From NCBI RefSeq assembly GCF_963921235.1, contig NC_086104.1, positions 98,828,001 through 98,892,000 on the forward strand: a DNA stretch of 64,000 nt, given 5' to 3'. Made by a program: the position numbers and the translations under genes. Position 1 is the first letter of the stretch, and each line of letters opens with the position of its first letter. The DNA is from Mobula hypostoma. Taxonomy: Eukaryota. The notes beneath the pieces were generated by a model. That model worked only from the letters and a program-made list of their open reading frames with translations, did not search any database and had not been told where the DNA came from. Below, piece by piece: positions 53,040 to 64,000 of this stretch.

Positions 53040-56000
53040 GAATTCTTCTCAATTACCATGAGCACAGGCCCAGCGTCATCAAATGCTCCTCATACGATAA
53101 GCCTTTCAATCCTGCAAATATTTAAATGAACTTCCTTAGAACCCTCTTTAAGGTCAGCACGTCTGTTCTTAGATAAGGAGCCCCAGACTGCTCACAATCC
53201 TGCAAGTGAGGCCTCACCAGTGTCTTATAAAGCCTCAACATTACATCCTTTGTTTTGTCTTCTAGTCCTCTTCAAATGAATGCTAACATGCCATTTCCCT
53301 TCCTCACCACCGACTCAACCTACAAACTAACCTTCAGAGAACCCTGCACAATGATTCCCAAGTCCCTTTGCACCTCAGGTTTTTGAATTTTTTCACCATT
53401 TAGAACATAATCTATGCTTTTATTTCTTTTACTAAAATGCATGATCATACACTTCACAACACCACCATTTTTATTCTGTGTAAGTCCTTCTGTAGACTCT
53501 CTGCTTCCTCAACACTAACTGCCTCTCCACCTATCTTTGTATCATCCATAAACTTGGCCACAAAGCCATCAATTCCAACATATCATATCATTGACACATA
53601 GCATAAAAAGAAGTGGTTCCAACACAGGCCCGTGGAACACAGCTAGTAACCTGCTGTCACCCAGAAACTGGTCTTTTTAATCCCACCCTTTACCTCCTGT
53701 CAGTCAGTCAATGCTCTATCCATGCTAGTATCTTTTCTGTAATACTATGGGCTCTTAACTTGTTAAGCACCCTCATGTGTGGCACCTTGCCAAAGGCCTT
53801 CTGAAAATTCAAGTACACAACACCCGCTGATTCTCCTTTGTCTTCCTGCTTGTCATTTCTTCAGAATTCAACAAATTTGTGAGGCAGGATTTTCCCTTAA
53901 GGAAACCATGCTGACTTCAGCCTATTTTATCAGGTAATTTGAAGTACCTCGATATCACATCCTTAACAATTGACTCCAACATCTTCCCATCACTGAGCTC
54001 AGACTAACTGTCCTATAATTTACTTATTTCTACCTGCCCCCTTTCTTGAAGAGTGGAGTGACATTTGCAATTTTCCAAACCTCCAGAACCATGCACCTTG
54101 CTGAGGCCAAGCAGCAACTCTCAGACACCTCCTCTTACTTACCCTTTGAACAGGACCCCACTAAGGAGCACCAGGCCCTTGTCTTCCTGCACCATCACCA
54201 ACCTTATCTACTCTGGGGATCTCCTATCCACTGCCACTGACCTCATAGTTCCCTCACTCTGTACCTCCTGTTTCTACCTCCTACCCAAGATCCATTAACC
54301 TGCTTGTCCAGGTAGACCCATTGTTTCTGCTTGTTCCTGCCCCACCAAACTTATATTTCAATACCTTGAACAAGAGAAAATCTGCAGATGCTGGAGATCC
54401 AAAGCAACACACACAAAGTGCAGGAGGAACTCAGCAAACCAGGCAGCTTCTTTGAAAAATAATAAACTGTCGACTTTTCAGGCCAAGACCCTTCAGCAGG
54501 ACTGGAGAAAAATAAGATGAGGAGTAGAATTAAAAGATCGGGGGGGAGGGTCTGTTTCTCCCTTCCCTCCCCCAACCTTTTAACTCTACTCTTCATCTTT
54601 TTTCTCCAGACCTGCTGAAGGGACTCGGTCCAAAACGTCAACTGTACTCTTTTCCATAGATGCTGCCTGATCTGCTGAGTTCCTCCAGCATTTTGTGACT
54701 GTTGCTTTGGATTGCCAGCATCTGCAGATTTTCTGTTGTTTGTCTTTTTATCCTTGAAGTTTCTAAGCTCTACCCACAATGATGTTACACCTTCTGATCC
54801 TATGTTTCCTCTTTCTAAGGATGTGATTTCATGTTTTACCAACAGAGCCACACTACTCCCTCTGTCAACCTGTCTGTTCTTTTGATACAATGTGTATATG
54901 AAAGCATAAAGCTCCCAGCTATGATCTTCTTTCAGCCACAACTCAGTGATGTGAACAACAACATACATGCCAATCTCTAACGGTGCTACAAGTTCAAATG
55001 CCTTATTCCATATACAGTACTGCGTGTATTCAAACATAACACTTTCAGTCCTCTATTCATCACCCTTTTTGATTTTGTCACCCTTTTGCAATGCAACTCA
55101 TCCCATTGTCAGCAATTTTACCCCATCATCAGCCTCTCCTTGCCAGCAGCCTCTGTTTGTGAACCAACTACCCCATCCTCAGCCTTATCACTCCAGTTCC
55201 CACCCCCATGCCAAATTAGTTTAAATCAGTCGCCACCCCTGACCAGCTGTAGCCAACCTGCCCTCAAGGTTATTGGTTCCCCTCAGGTTCAGGTGTAACC
55301 CATCCCTTTTCTACAGGTCATAGCTTCCCCAAAAGTATTCCAATGATCCAGAGATCTGAACATCTGTCCTCTGCACCAGTTTCTCGGTCCCGCATTCATC
55401 TGCCAAATCATTCTATTCTTAACCTCACTAGCATATGGCACAGTCAGTAATCCAGAGATTACTACCCTGAAGGTCCTGCTTTTCATCTTGCTATCTAGCT
55501 CCCTAAAATCTCTCTTCTGGACCTCTTTACCTTTCCTGCCTATATCATTGTTGCCAATATGTACTAAGACCTTTTGCTGCTCACCCTTCCCCTTTGGAAT
55601 GCTGTTGACCCCATCAGATACATCCCTAACCCTGTCACCTTGGGGCAACATATCATCTGGATGTCTCCATTGCGTCCACAGAATTTTGTCTCTTTTTATT
55701 TAACTAAGGAATCTCCTGTCACCGCTCTTCTCTTCTGAGCCACAGTACTGTACCAGTCTCAGTGGGAGAGACCTGGTCACTGTAGCTCCCCACTGATACA
55801 TCGTTTCACACAACAGTATTAAAAGTGCAAAACATATTCCTGAGAGGAACGGCCACAGGGGTACTCGGCACTGTCTGCCAATTTATTTTCCTTCTCCTGA
55901 CAGTCACCTGCTCCTTCAACCCATGGATGACCTTCTGCCTGTAACTCCTGACTATCACTTCCTCAGTCGTCAGTGTGAGCCGCAGGTCATCGAGCTGCAG

Positions 56001-56330
56001 CTTCAGTTCGCTGAGGATCTGCAACTCGGTGTACCTGGTGCAGATGTGGTTATCCGGGAGGCGGCTGGTCTCTCAGACTTCCCACATCTTACACACACGG
56101 CTCCCAGAGCCATTTTTACTGCACTAAATGTGCCCTAACAGACGGGGAATTAAGAATAATAAGAAGAAATAGAAACTTATCTGGTACTTACTTCGCTCAA
56201 GCCTGATGAGCCAAAACCACTCTGTCAATGGCCAGTCCGCTTGCCCCTGCATTTTTTTAAAATCTTCAGCCGCGTATCGGAGTGAAATCACCGCTTCTTC
56301 TCGAGCTCCCGCTCACTGCTTGGACGCAGT
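53040..56330 (-). mobile_element. Decayed CR1 with ORF1 esterase, interrupted by Penelope pieces (54090-54742)
   Basis: RVRDVSDGVNSI..VLVHIGNNDIGRK..VVISGLL (esterase); ITELWLKEDHSWEL (endonuclease). Confidence 0.82.
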
Positions 56331-56694
56331 CCAATTGTGCCTCACACAGCTTGCTTACTGCAGTACACCACCCTCTTCTAAAGTGTAACAGCTGAATGTT
56401 CGGTAAATCTTTGAGAGCTTTGGGGCTCCTGAAAGTAGTGGTGGCTAGAGTTTACTGGGAGAAGGAGGAGGAGGAGGACCAGGAGGATGTGGCTACAAAT
56501 GAAAGATCAGCAATATGTGGAAACCGATTGACAGAAAAACGTTGTTTATTTCTGCAAAATGCTGTTGGAACTCAGCGGGTCAAACGACATATATGGAGAA
56601 GAATAAATGTCGACAAAACACTTCATCATACCTGTACTGTTTATTCCTCTGCTAAAATACTGTCTGACCTGCTGAGTTCCTCCAGCACTTTGTG

Positions 56695-57712
56695 AGTGTT
56701 ATTCTATTACCTGACTGGCAGACCACAGTACGTGTGCTTGCGACACTGTGTGTCCGACAGAGTGATCAGCAGCACTGGGGCTCCATAGGGGACTGTCTTG
56801 TCTCCCTTTCTCTTCACCATTTACACCTCGGACTTCAACTACTGCATAGAGTCTTGTCATCTTCAGAAGTTTTCGGATGACTCTGCCATAATTGGATGCC
56901 ATAGGGAGATGACGCTGAGTACAGGGCTACGGTTGGAAACTTTGTCACATGGTGTGAGCAAAATTATCGCAGCTTAATGTGAAAAAGACTAAGGAGCTGG
57001 TGGTAGACCTGAGGAGGGCTGAGTTACCGGTGACCCCTGTTTCCATCCGGGGGTCAGTGTGGACATGGTGGAGGATTACAAATACCTGGGGATACGAATT
57101 GACAATAAACTGGACTGGTCAAAGAACACTGAGGCTGTCTACAAGAAGGGTCAGAGCCATCTCTATTTCCTGAGGAGACTGAGGTCCGGACGATGTTGAG
57201 GATGTTCTACGAGTCTGTGGTGGCCAGTGCTGTCATGTTTGCTTTTGTGTGCTGGGGCAGCAGGCTGAGGGCAGCAGACACCAACAGAATCAACAAACTC
57301 ATTCCTAAGGCCAGTGATGTTGTGGGGATGGAACTGGACTCTCTCACGGTGGTGTCTGAAAAGAGGATGCTGTCTAAATTGCATGCCATCTTGATCAATG
57401 TCTCCCATCCACTACATAAGGTACTGGGTGGGCACAGGAGTACATTCAGCCAGAGACTCATTCCACCGAGATGCAGCACAGAGCGTCATAGGAAGTCATT
57501 CCTGCTTGTGGCCATCAAACTTTACAACTCCTCCCTTGGAGGGTCAGACACCCTGAGCCGATAGGCTGGTCCTGGACTTATTTCATAATTTACTGGCATA
57601 ATTTACATATTACTATTTAACTATTTATGGTTCTATTACTATTTATTATTTGTGGTGCAACTGTAACGAAAACCAATTTCCCCCGGGATCAATGAAGTAT
57701 GACTATGACTGT
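56695..57712 (+). mobile_element. Rex1/Babar LINE 3' fragment
   Basis: KKTKELVVDLRR; LRMFYESVVAS..CWGS; (tatgac)n tail. Confidence 0.88.
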
Positions 57713-58217
57713 ATTTCCAACATCTGCAGAATCGCTTGTGTTTTATATCTGCATTTGTAAGTGGGTTAGACTTTGAAATTTGACACAGGGAATGTTCGTT
57801 GATATTGAGTATATTGTTTATGGGAGCTTGCTGAGTTTTCTACATAAAAATGTTGACTATTATTGAAACATGCATGTTACGTGGACCAGTACTTGAAGCG
57901 AGTTAAATGGCACTGTGCTTACCCAGAAGTCTCCGCACTTCAGAATGTGCCGTCGGTGACCCAGTGATTGAATGCGCAGGCGTAAGGGTCGCCGTAACGC
58001 ACAAATATCACGCATACGCTCAGTGGACAAAAGACTCTGGAGGATCGACAGCAGGTAGGAGCGGGGCTGTGGGTGGTCGATTTCATTCGCCCGGGTGTCT
58101 GCACTCTGAATGAGGAACAATTGCTGTGAGCTCCCGATACACAGTGAGACTGGTCCCGGTGATTTCCGTCACTCAGCCCCATGATCCGTCTCACAACCCC
58201 GGCGAGTGATTTTGCTG

Positions 58218-58501
58218 CAAACAACAGGAATTCTGCAGATGCTGGAAATTCAAGCAACACACATCAAAGTTGCTGGTGAACGCAGCAGGCCAGGCAGCAT
58301 CTATAGGAAGAGGTACAGTCGACGTTTCAGGCCGAGACCCTTCGTCAGGACTAACTGAAGGAAGAGTGAGTAAGGGATTTGAAAGCTGGAGGGGGAGGGG
58401 GAGATGCAAAATGATAGGAGAAGACAGGAGGGGGAGGGATGGAACCGAGAGCTGGACAGGTGATAGGCAAAAGGGGATACGAGAGGATCATGGGACAGGA
58501 G
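58218..58501 (-). mobile_element. Penelope-terminal repeat insertion with target-site duplication
   Basis: Flanked by gagtgattttgctg (58204-58217) and gagtgatttttgctg (58502-58516). Confidence 0.85.
58317..58352 (-). ncRNA. Minimal type I hammerhead ribozyme, intact core
   Basis: AGTC-CTGACGA-AGG(gtctcgg)CCT-GAAAC-GTC-GACT: stem I AGTC/GACT, CUGANGA, stem II, GAAA, GUC cleavage triplet. Confidence 0.8.
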
Positions 58502-59953
58502 GAGTGATTTTTGCTGATGGGCAAAGGTGCTGGCGCCATTTCTGTGGCGCATGCGCAGCGTTGGGACCGTGACGGGTTTCTTGTTCGTGGGGGTTTCTGG
58601 GTATACGGGCAGCCATGTATGATACTTTCCACGCCTCCTCGCAAGTTCGTAAAGTGTGCTTGGGAGCACATGCGGAGGGAATGGGAGCATATAGATCTTC
58701 CAGCATTTCGAGCTGCAGCTCCAGGTATCTAAATCTGAGGATTAGGAACGGCGAGTTAGACTCTTCGTTTGAGATTATCTTACTGTCAACCAATTAGGAA
58801 CGAATTCCTTCCATGGGCTTTAGTTCTTGAGAAAATTACCTTTGTTCTGCCTCCTCTTGTTCTGGTCCTTTGTACCCATGAAACTATGTTTTGTACTGTT
58901 CTTTCTGGGTACGTAATGATGTCAAACAGCTTAGTCCTGGGTAACGAGTGACCTACAGTGTATAGATTTCACATCGCTAAACTGTCACACTCCAATGAGA
59001 AAGGATACTGCCTCTCCCTCATATTCATTGGCATTGCTGTAGATGAGTTCACCACCTGGGGGGGCAGAGTCAGAGTAATTAGAAAGTCTCCAGGATCATC
59101 CATATAATATCCTGTGCTCTTTGTGGTGCTGTGGGATATAATTTGAAATAATACTAATGGAGAGAGACAAACTGAGCCGAGTCGCAGAATGAAGACAGGC
59201 AGAAATGGCCCATTCTGTTACAGTCAGAGAATTTGCTGGTCAGTCCAGATTCCTGATCCGTGCCCAGTTAGAAGATGAGTTGTTCCTCTAACTTGTGTTG
59301 AACCTCACTGTAACACTGATGTGGGAGCTCAGCATAGACACCGAAATGATCTCATCTGAAATGCTGTCCTCCTTCCATTGATTTATTTTGTGAATCTTTT
59401 TACAGGTTAGAAACGGCAAAAATTTTGTGTACAGGAATCTCAAACACAACAACACACCAGTTTTGCTCCCTCTGTCCAGATATTTAAGGAATGACCAGAT
59501 ATTTCCTTTATAACATTCATTGTTGATCCTTGAAGATGTACCTCATCCCAGCTGGAAACGTACTTCGTGTCTGAAATGATATTTTTTGTTGTAACTCAGT
59601 GAAATCCACTGGAACCGGGTGCAGAGAACACACCAGCATTTGTTCATTAGAGAGAAGCTCTTCAACTGCATTGATTGTGCGAGGGATTCACTACGTCTGA
59701 TTTCTGGAGTATTGATATCAGTCTGGGAAGAGATTCACTCACTCAGCTGACACGCATACACACCAGTGAGTTCGCAGTGGGAAGAGGCCATTCATCTGCT
59801 CAGGCTGTGGAACGAGATTCACTCACTCATTCAGATTGCATACACACCAGTGAGTTCACACTGGGGAGAAACCATTCACCTGCTCAGACTGTGTGAGGGG
59901 ATTCACTCAAGTCATCTGACCTACTGACACACCAGTCAGTTCACATTGGGGAG

Positions 59954-61642
59954 ATGCCGTTCACCTGTTCAGTCTGTGGGAAGGGATTTCCTCAGTCATT
60001 TCAACTGAAGGTACATCAACGAGTTCACACCGGAGAGAAGCCGTTCACTTGTTCTGTGTGTGGGAAAGGATTCACTCAATCGTCCAATCTTCGGAGACAC
60101 CAATCAATTCACACTGGGAAGCGTCCGTTCACCTGCACAATCTGTGGAATGGGATTCATTCAGTCATCTGACCTACTGGCACACCGGTCAGTTCACACTG
60201 GGGAGAAGCCATTCATCTGTTCAGACTGTGGGAAAGGATTTCCACGGTCATTTCAGTTGAAGGTGCATCAGCGAGTGCACACGAGGGAGAGGCCATTCAC
60301 CTGCCCAGACTGTGGGAAGGGATTCACGCAGTCATCTGAACTGAAAGTACATCAACGAGTTCACACTGGGGAGAGGCCATTCACCTGCTCAGATTGTGGG
60401 AAGGGATTCACCCACTCATCTAACTTACAGACACATCAGCGAGTTCACACTGGGGAACGGCCATTTATCTGCTCAGTCTGCGGGAAGGGATTCACTCAAT
60501 CATCTCAGCTACTGGCACACCAGTCAGTTCACTCTGCAGAGAGGCCATTCACCTGCTCAGAATGTGGGAAGGGATTCACTCACTCATCTAACCTGCAGGC
60601 ACACCAGCGAGTTCACTCTGGGGAGAAACCATTCACCTGCTCAGATTGTGGGAAGGGATTCACTCAGTCATCTCAACTGAAGGTACATCAGCGAGTTCAC
60701 ACGGGAGAGAGACCATTCACCTGCTCAGAATGTGGGAAAGGATTCACTCAGTCATCCAACCTACAGACCCATCAACTAGTTCACACTGGGGAGAAACCGT
60801 TCACCTGCTCAGATTGTGGGAAGGGATTCACTGAGTCATCTCAACTCAAGGTACATCAGCGAGTTCACACTGGGGAGAAACCATTCACCTGCTCAGACTG
60901 TGGGAAGGGATTCACTCGGTCGTCTAATCTATTGGCACACCAGCGAGTTCACACTGGGGAGAGGCCATTCACCTGCCCGGAGTGTGGAAAAGGATTTACT
61001 CAGTCATCAAACCTACTGGCACACCAGTCAGTTCACTCTGGGGAGATGCCGTTCACCTGCTCAGACTGTGGGAAGGGATTTCCACGGTCTTTTCAACTAA
61101 AGGAACATCAGCGAGTTCACACTGGGGAGAGGCCATTCACCTGCTCAAACTGTGGGAAGGGATTCACTCACTCATCCCACCTACAGACACACCAGCGAGT
61201 TCATACAGGAGAGAGGCCATTCACCTGTTCTGTGTGCGGGAAGCGATTCACTCAGTCATCCAACCTGCGAAGACACCAGTCAGTTCACACTGGGGAGATG
61301 GAGTTCACCTGTTCAGACTGTGGGAAGGGATTTCCAATGTCATTTCAACTGAAGGTACACCAGCGAGTTCACACTGGGGAGAGGCCATTCACCTGCTCAA
61401 ATTGTGGGAAGGGATTCACTCAGTTATCACATCTGCAGACACATCAGCGAGTTCACACAGGAGAGAAGCCGTTCACCTGTTCCATTTGTGGGAATGGATT
61501 CACTCAGTTATGCAACCTGCGGACACATCAGTCCGTTCACACTGGTGAGAAACCGTTCTCCTGCTCTGAATGTGGGAAGAGATTCACTCAGTCATCCAAC
61601 CTTGTGACGCACTACCGAGTTCACACTGGGGAAAGGGTTTAA
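59954..61642 (+). CDS. C2H2 zinc-finger protein, 20 tandem fingers, no KRAB/SCAN domain seen
   Basis: 562 aa of CxxC..H..H units with TGE(K/R)PF linkers; AATAAA 61840-61845; true start uncertain. Confidence 0.92.
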   Translation: MPFTCSVCGKGFPQSFQLKVHQRVHTGEKPFTCSVCGKGFTQSSNLRRHQSIHTGKRPFTCTICGMGFIQSSDLLAHRSVHTGEKPFICSDCGKGFPRSFQLKVHQRVHTRERPFTCPDCGKGFTQSSELKVHQRVHTGERPFTCSDCGKGFTHSSNLQTHQRVHTGERPFICSVCGKGFTQSSQLLAHQSVHSAERPFTCSECGKGFTHSSNLQAHQRVHSGEKPFTCSDCGKGFTQSSQLKVHQRVHTGERPFTCSECGKGFTQSSNLQTHQLVHTGEKPFTCSDCGKGFTESSQLKVHQRVHTGEKPFTCSDCGKGFTRSSNLLAHQRVHTGERPFTCPECGKGFTQSSNLLAHQSVHSGEMPFTCSDCGKGFPRSFQLKEHQRVHTGERPFTCSNCGKGFTHSSHLQTHQRVHTGERPFTCSVCGKRFTQSSNLRRHQSVHTGEMEFTCSDCGKGFPMSFQLKVHQRVHTGERPFTCSNCGKGFTQLSHLQTHQRVHTGEKPFTCSICGNGFTQLCNLRTHQSVHTGEKPFSCSECGKRFTQSSNLVTHYRVHTGERV

Positions 61643-62779
61643 TAAGCTGCTTGCTGGATGTTTAACCATCACAGTTGCTGAATTCAGAGGCAAGTTCAAA
61701 AGTGACTGTTGAACTCTGCAATTATTGCTGCTGCTCATCACACTCAGTTCTGTACCCTGGTCACCGGGCATGGGAGGAGTTTCTTCTGCTGATGTTCCCC
61801 TTTGATGGGACTGGAGTTTAATATTCTGGATCTGTGACTAATAAATCAGTTCTATTTTAATCACTGTCTCAGGTGCCTAGTGAATCTACAATACACCCAG
61901 TGTACAGTAGGAAGTCAACTCAGCCCAGCTGATCCCTGTCAGGGTTTCCGTTCCACGGCAATCCTTTTAAATCCATCCCTGCTGTTCACCTCTCACACTC
62001 CCTCTGTGATACATTCCAAACAGTCACCACTCTGTGGGTGAATTTCCTGTATGAATTTTGGCAGACTGAAGAAGAAGATAAGCTGTCTGTAGTTACCTTT
62101 GACATGTTCTTTGCTTCTCAAATCCCTGGGCTGAAGAAGAATGACGTTGATAGATAACCTGCTCCTTCCCAGATCTATTTAACACTTCACTGTTTCCAGA
62201 GGGCTGTGTCTCACATTGCTGGGTTGTTAGAATACGCAAATGTGTTCTAAAATCTGAAAGCAGAGTGGCGAATTGTTATTTGGATGTTCAGTGGAGCAGG
62301 GTGAAGAACCAGAGAGTCAGCATAGGTCAGTGTGTGGGGCTCCGGACAGTGGTTGGAGTAAGAGAACAGAAAGGGGGCATGGTGACAAATGACGATGTAG
62401 CAATATTTGGAATCTGATTGACAGAAAAATAACAGTTGACGTTTCTGGCTGAGACCCTTCATCGGGACAGGTCATCTACAGATTTTCTTGTTAGTTCCAA
62501 GTTGCTGTGGCAGTGAGAAACTATAAGATAACTTTGAGATAAATGGATAATGTGATTTTCTACCAATTGAAGTGGAATGTTGAGATCATGACCAATGTTG
62601 AGAACCACCTGATGTCCATACCTTGGTAGATAATGGGAATAGTCGAGACTGAGGCCTAAAAGAAAGAACTGGGTCCAACATCCAGTGAGTTGAAATGCCA
62701 ATTAGCTGAATGAGAAAAAGACAAACTCCTTGTGTCACTTTTGGTTCTTTAACAAATCACCTCTGTTGAATGTCATCTG

Positions 62780-64000
62780 ATTTTGGATCCTTCTGCTAAG
62801 TGAGACCATTGTTTCTTCTGTCTGCATGTATAATGATAACGAACACCTCTGTCTTGGGTAACAAGTGACCTGTAACATTCACACCACAGAAGTTCCAGAC
62901 ATTACCAACCTCCAACAAGGAAGTCTAATCACCTACCCTTGACATTCATTGACATGCCACTGTTGACTTCACTACCATCAATCACCTCAGGGTCACAGTG
63001 ATAAGGAAGTCTCCAGGAGGTTGGGTAGATCTCTACCCAAGTAGAGCAGTGAGACATACCCAGAACTACTAAGTTATAGCAATGGATGAGACAAACTGAG
63101 TCAAATCACAGACAGATGACCAGCAGGATTATCTCATTATGATACAGACAGTTAGAATTTGATGCTGGGTCCAGATACCTGACCATGACCAGATAGAAGT
63201 TGAGGATTTGTTCTCTTAACTTGTTGGTCTCAATGTTACAGGGTGATATGGGAGATCACCCTGAAATGCTGACCTTCCCCCATTGATGTTCTTAGTAAAC
63301 TGTTTACAGGATAGAAAAAAAACAAAGGAGCTGTGTATGACAATCTCAAACACAACAACACATTGATTCTGTTCTGAATGTTTGTCCACCAGCACTTGAA
63401 TACCATAGATCTTTGAATGTGGCCTTGCAAATTCTAGATAACATCAAGATAGGTACCACACCAGTTGTACCAAGGAAAACCTGGAGATGTGTTCAGTGTA
63501 GGGGCGAGATTTGGATTAACCAACCTGGAGATAAATCTTGTAAATTATCTTTGTGTTATTGAAGGAGTGAACAGATATTTTCTTTGTAACACCAGTATAT
63601 CAGTTATCGATACCTGGAAAAGATGCCGTATCTCATCCCAGCTTGACACTTGCTCTGTGTCTGAATGAAGTTTTCTGTTTTAACTTCTCATTGAAACCCA
63701 TTGGATCCAGGGCCCTGAGAACACACCAGCAGATCTTCACTCGAGATCAGACACACAACTGCTTGAAGTGTTTTGGGGTGGGGGGGGTGGGGTTCTCTAT
63801 GTTATCTGATCTGACAATGCATTAGAAAGTTTATAGCCAGAAAAATTAATTCACCTGTTCAGTGTGGAAAGGGATTCAGCCGTTCATCCAACCTACAGAC
63901 ACCAAGAAGTTAACAGTGGGTAAAATGTCATTAACCTGCTCTGTGTGTGGGAAGGGATGGAATTCAGTCTTGCAACTACAGTAACACCAACGAGTTCACA
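62780..64000 (+). pseudogene. Fourth ZNF paralog (degenerate first fingers, runs off the window)
   Basis: Similar intron/acceptor (tttacag|gatag ~63309) and frameshifted fingers at 63850-64000. Confidence 0.7.

Larger units (their letters stand above)
57940..58730 (+). promoter_or_regulatory. CpG-rich promoter/first exon of the ZNF gene
   Basis: NRF1-type GCGCATGCGC (~58547), homology to 1-340, candidate splice donor ccag|gtatct at 58725. Confidence 0.6.

Noticed and set aside
54351-55037. 228-aa ORF
   Set aside because: Chance fusion of CR1 endonuclease sequence with an inverted repeat pair.
60060-61607. Alternate-frame repetitive ORFs (MGRDSL.., WEGIHS..)
   Set aside because: Off-frame translations of the zinc-finger repeats.

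Overview
Eukaryotic, repeat-dense vertebrate DNA; the repeat repertoire (CR1 with esterase ORF1, Rex1/Babar, L1/Tx1, Penelope, HE1-like SINE) suggests a cartilaginous fish, probably a ray (inference). The genes are a dispersed replication-dependent histone locus and a tandem family of KRAB-less C2H2 zinc-finger genes. The histone locus has intact H2B, H4 and H2A and an H3 partly hidden by Ns, all with 3' stem-loops, plus an H2B 3' remnant and an orphan H2A promoter. The ZNF family has one intact 20-finger ORF and three decayed paralogs. Most remaining sequence is nested retroelements: a very young Gmr1-type Gypsy element with near-identical 859-bp LTRs, a related solo LTR, a full-length decayed L1, CR1/Rex1/R4/Penelope fragments, and a 38-bp satellite. 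Most interesting observations: (1) a Tx1-clade LINE whose 3' end sits exactly inside an H2B coding sequence (possible histone-targeting retrotransposon); (2) Penelope-associated minimal hammerhead ribozymes, one intact inside the ZNF promoter; (3) a decayed viral class-I-fusion/env-like fossil; (4) reciprocal loss of H2A/H2B between two convergent gene pairs; (5) a 20-bp CDE/CHR-like motif recurring beside the histone genes. Boundaries of old repeats are approximate and were read by eye.
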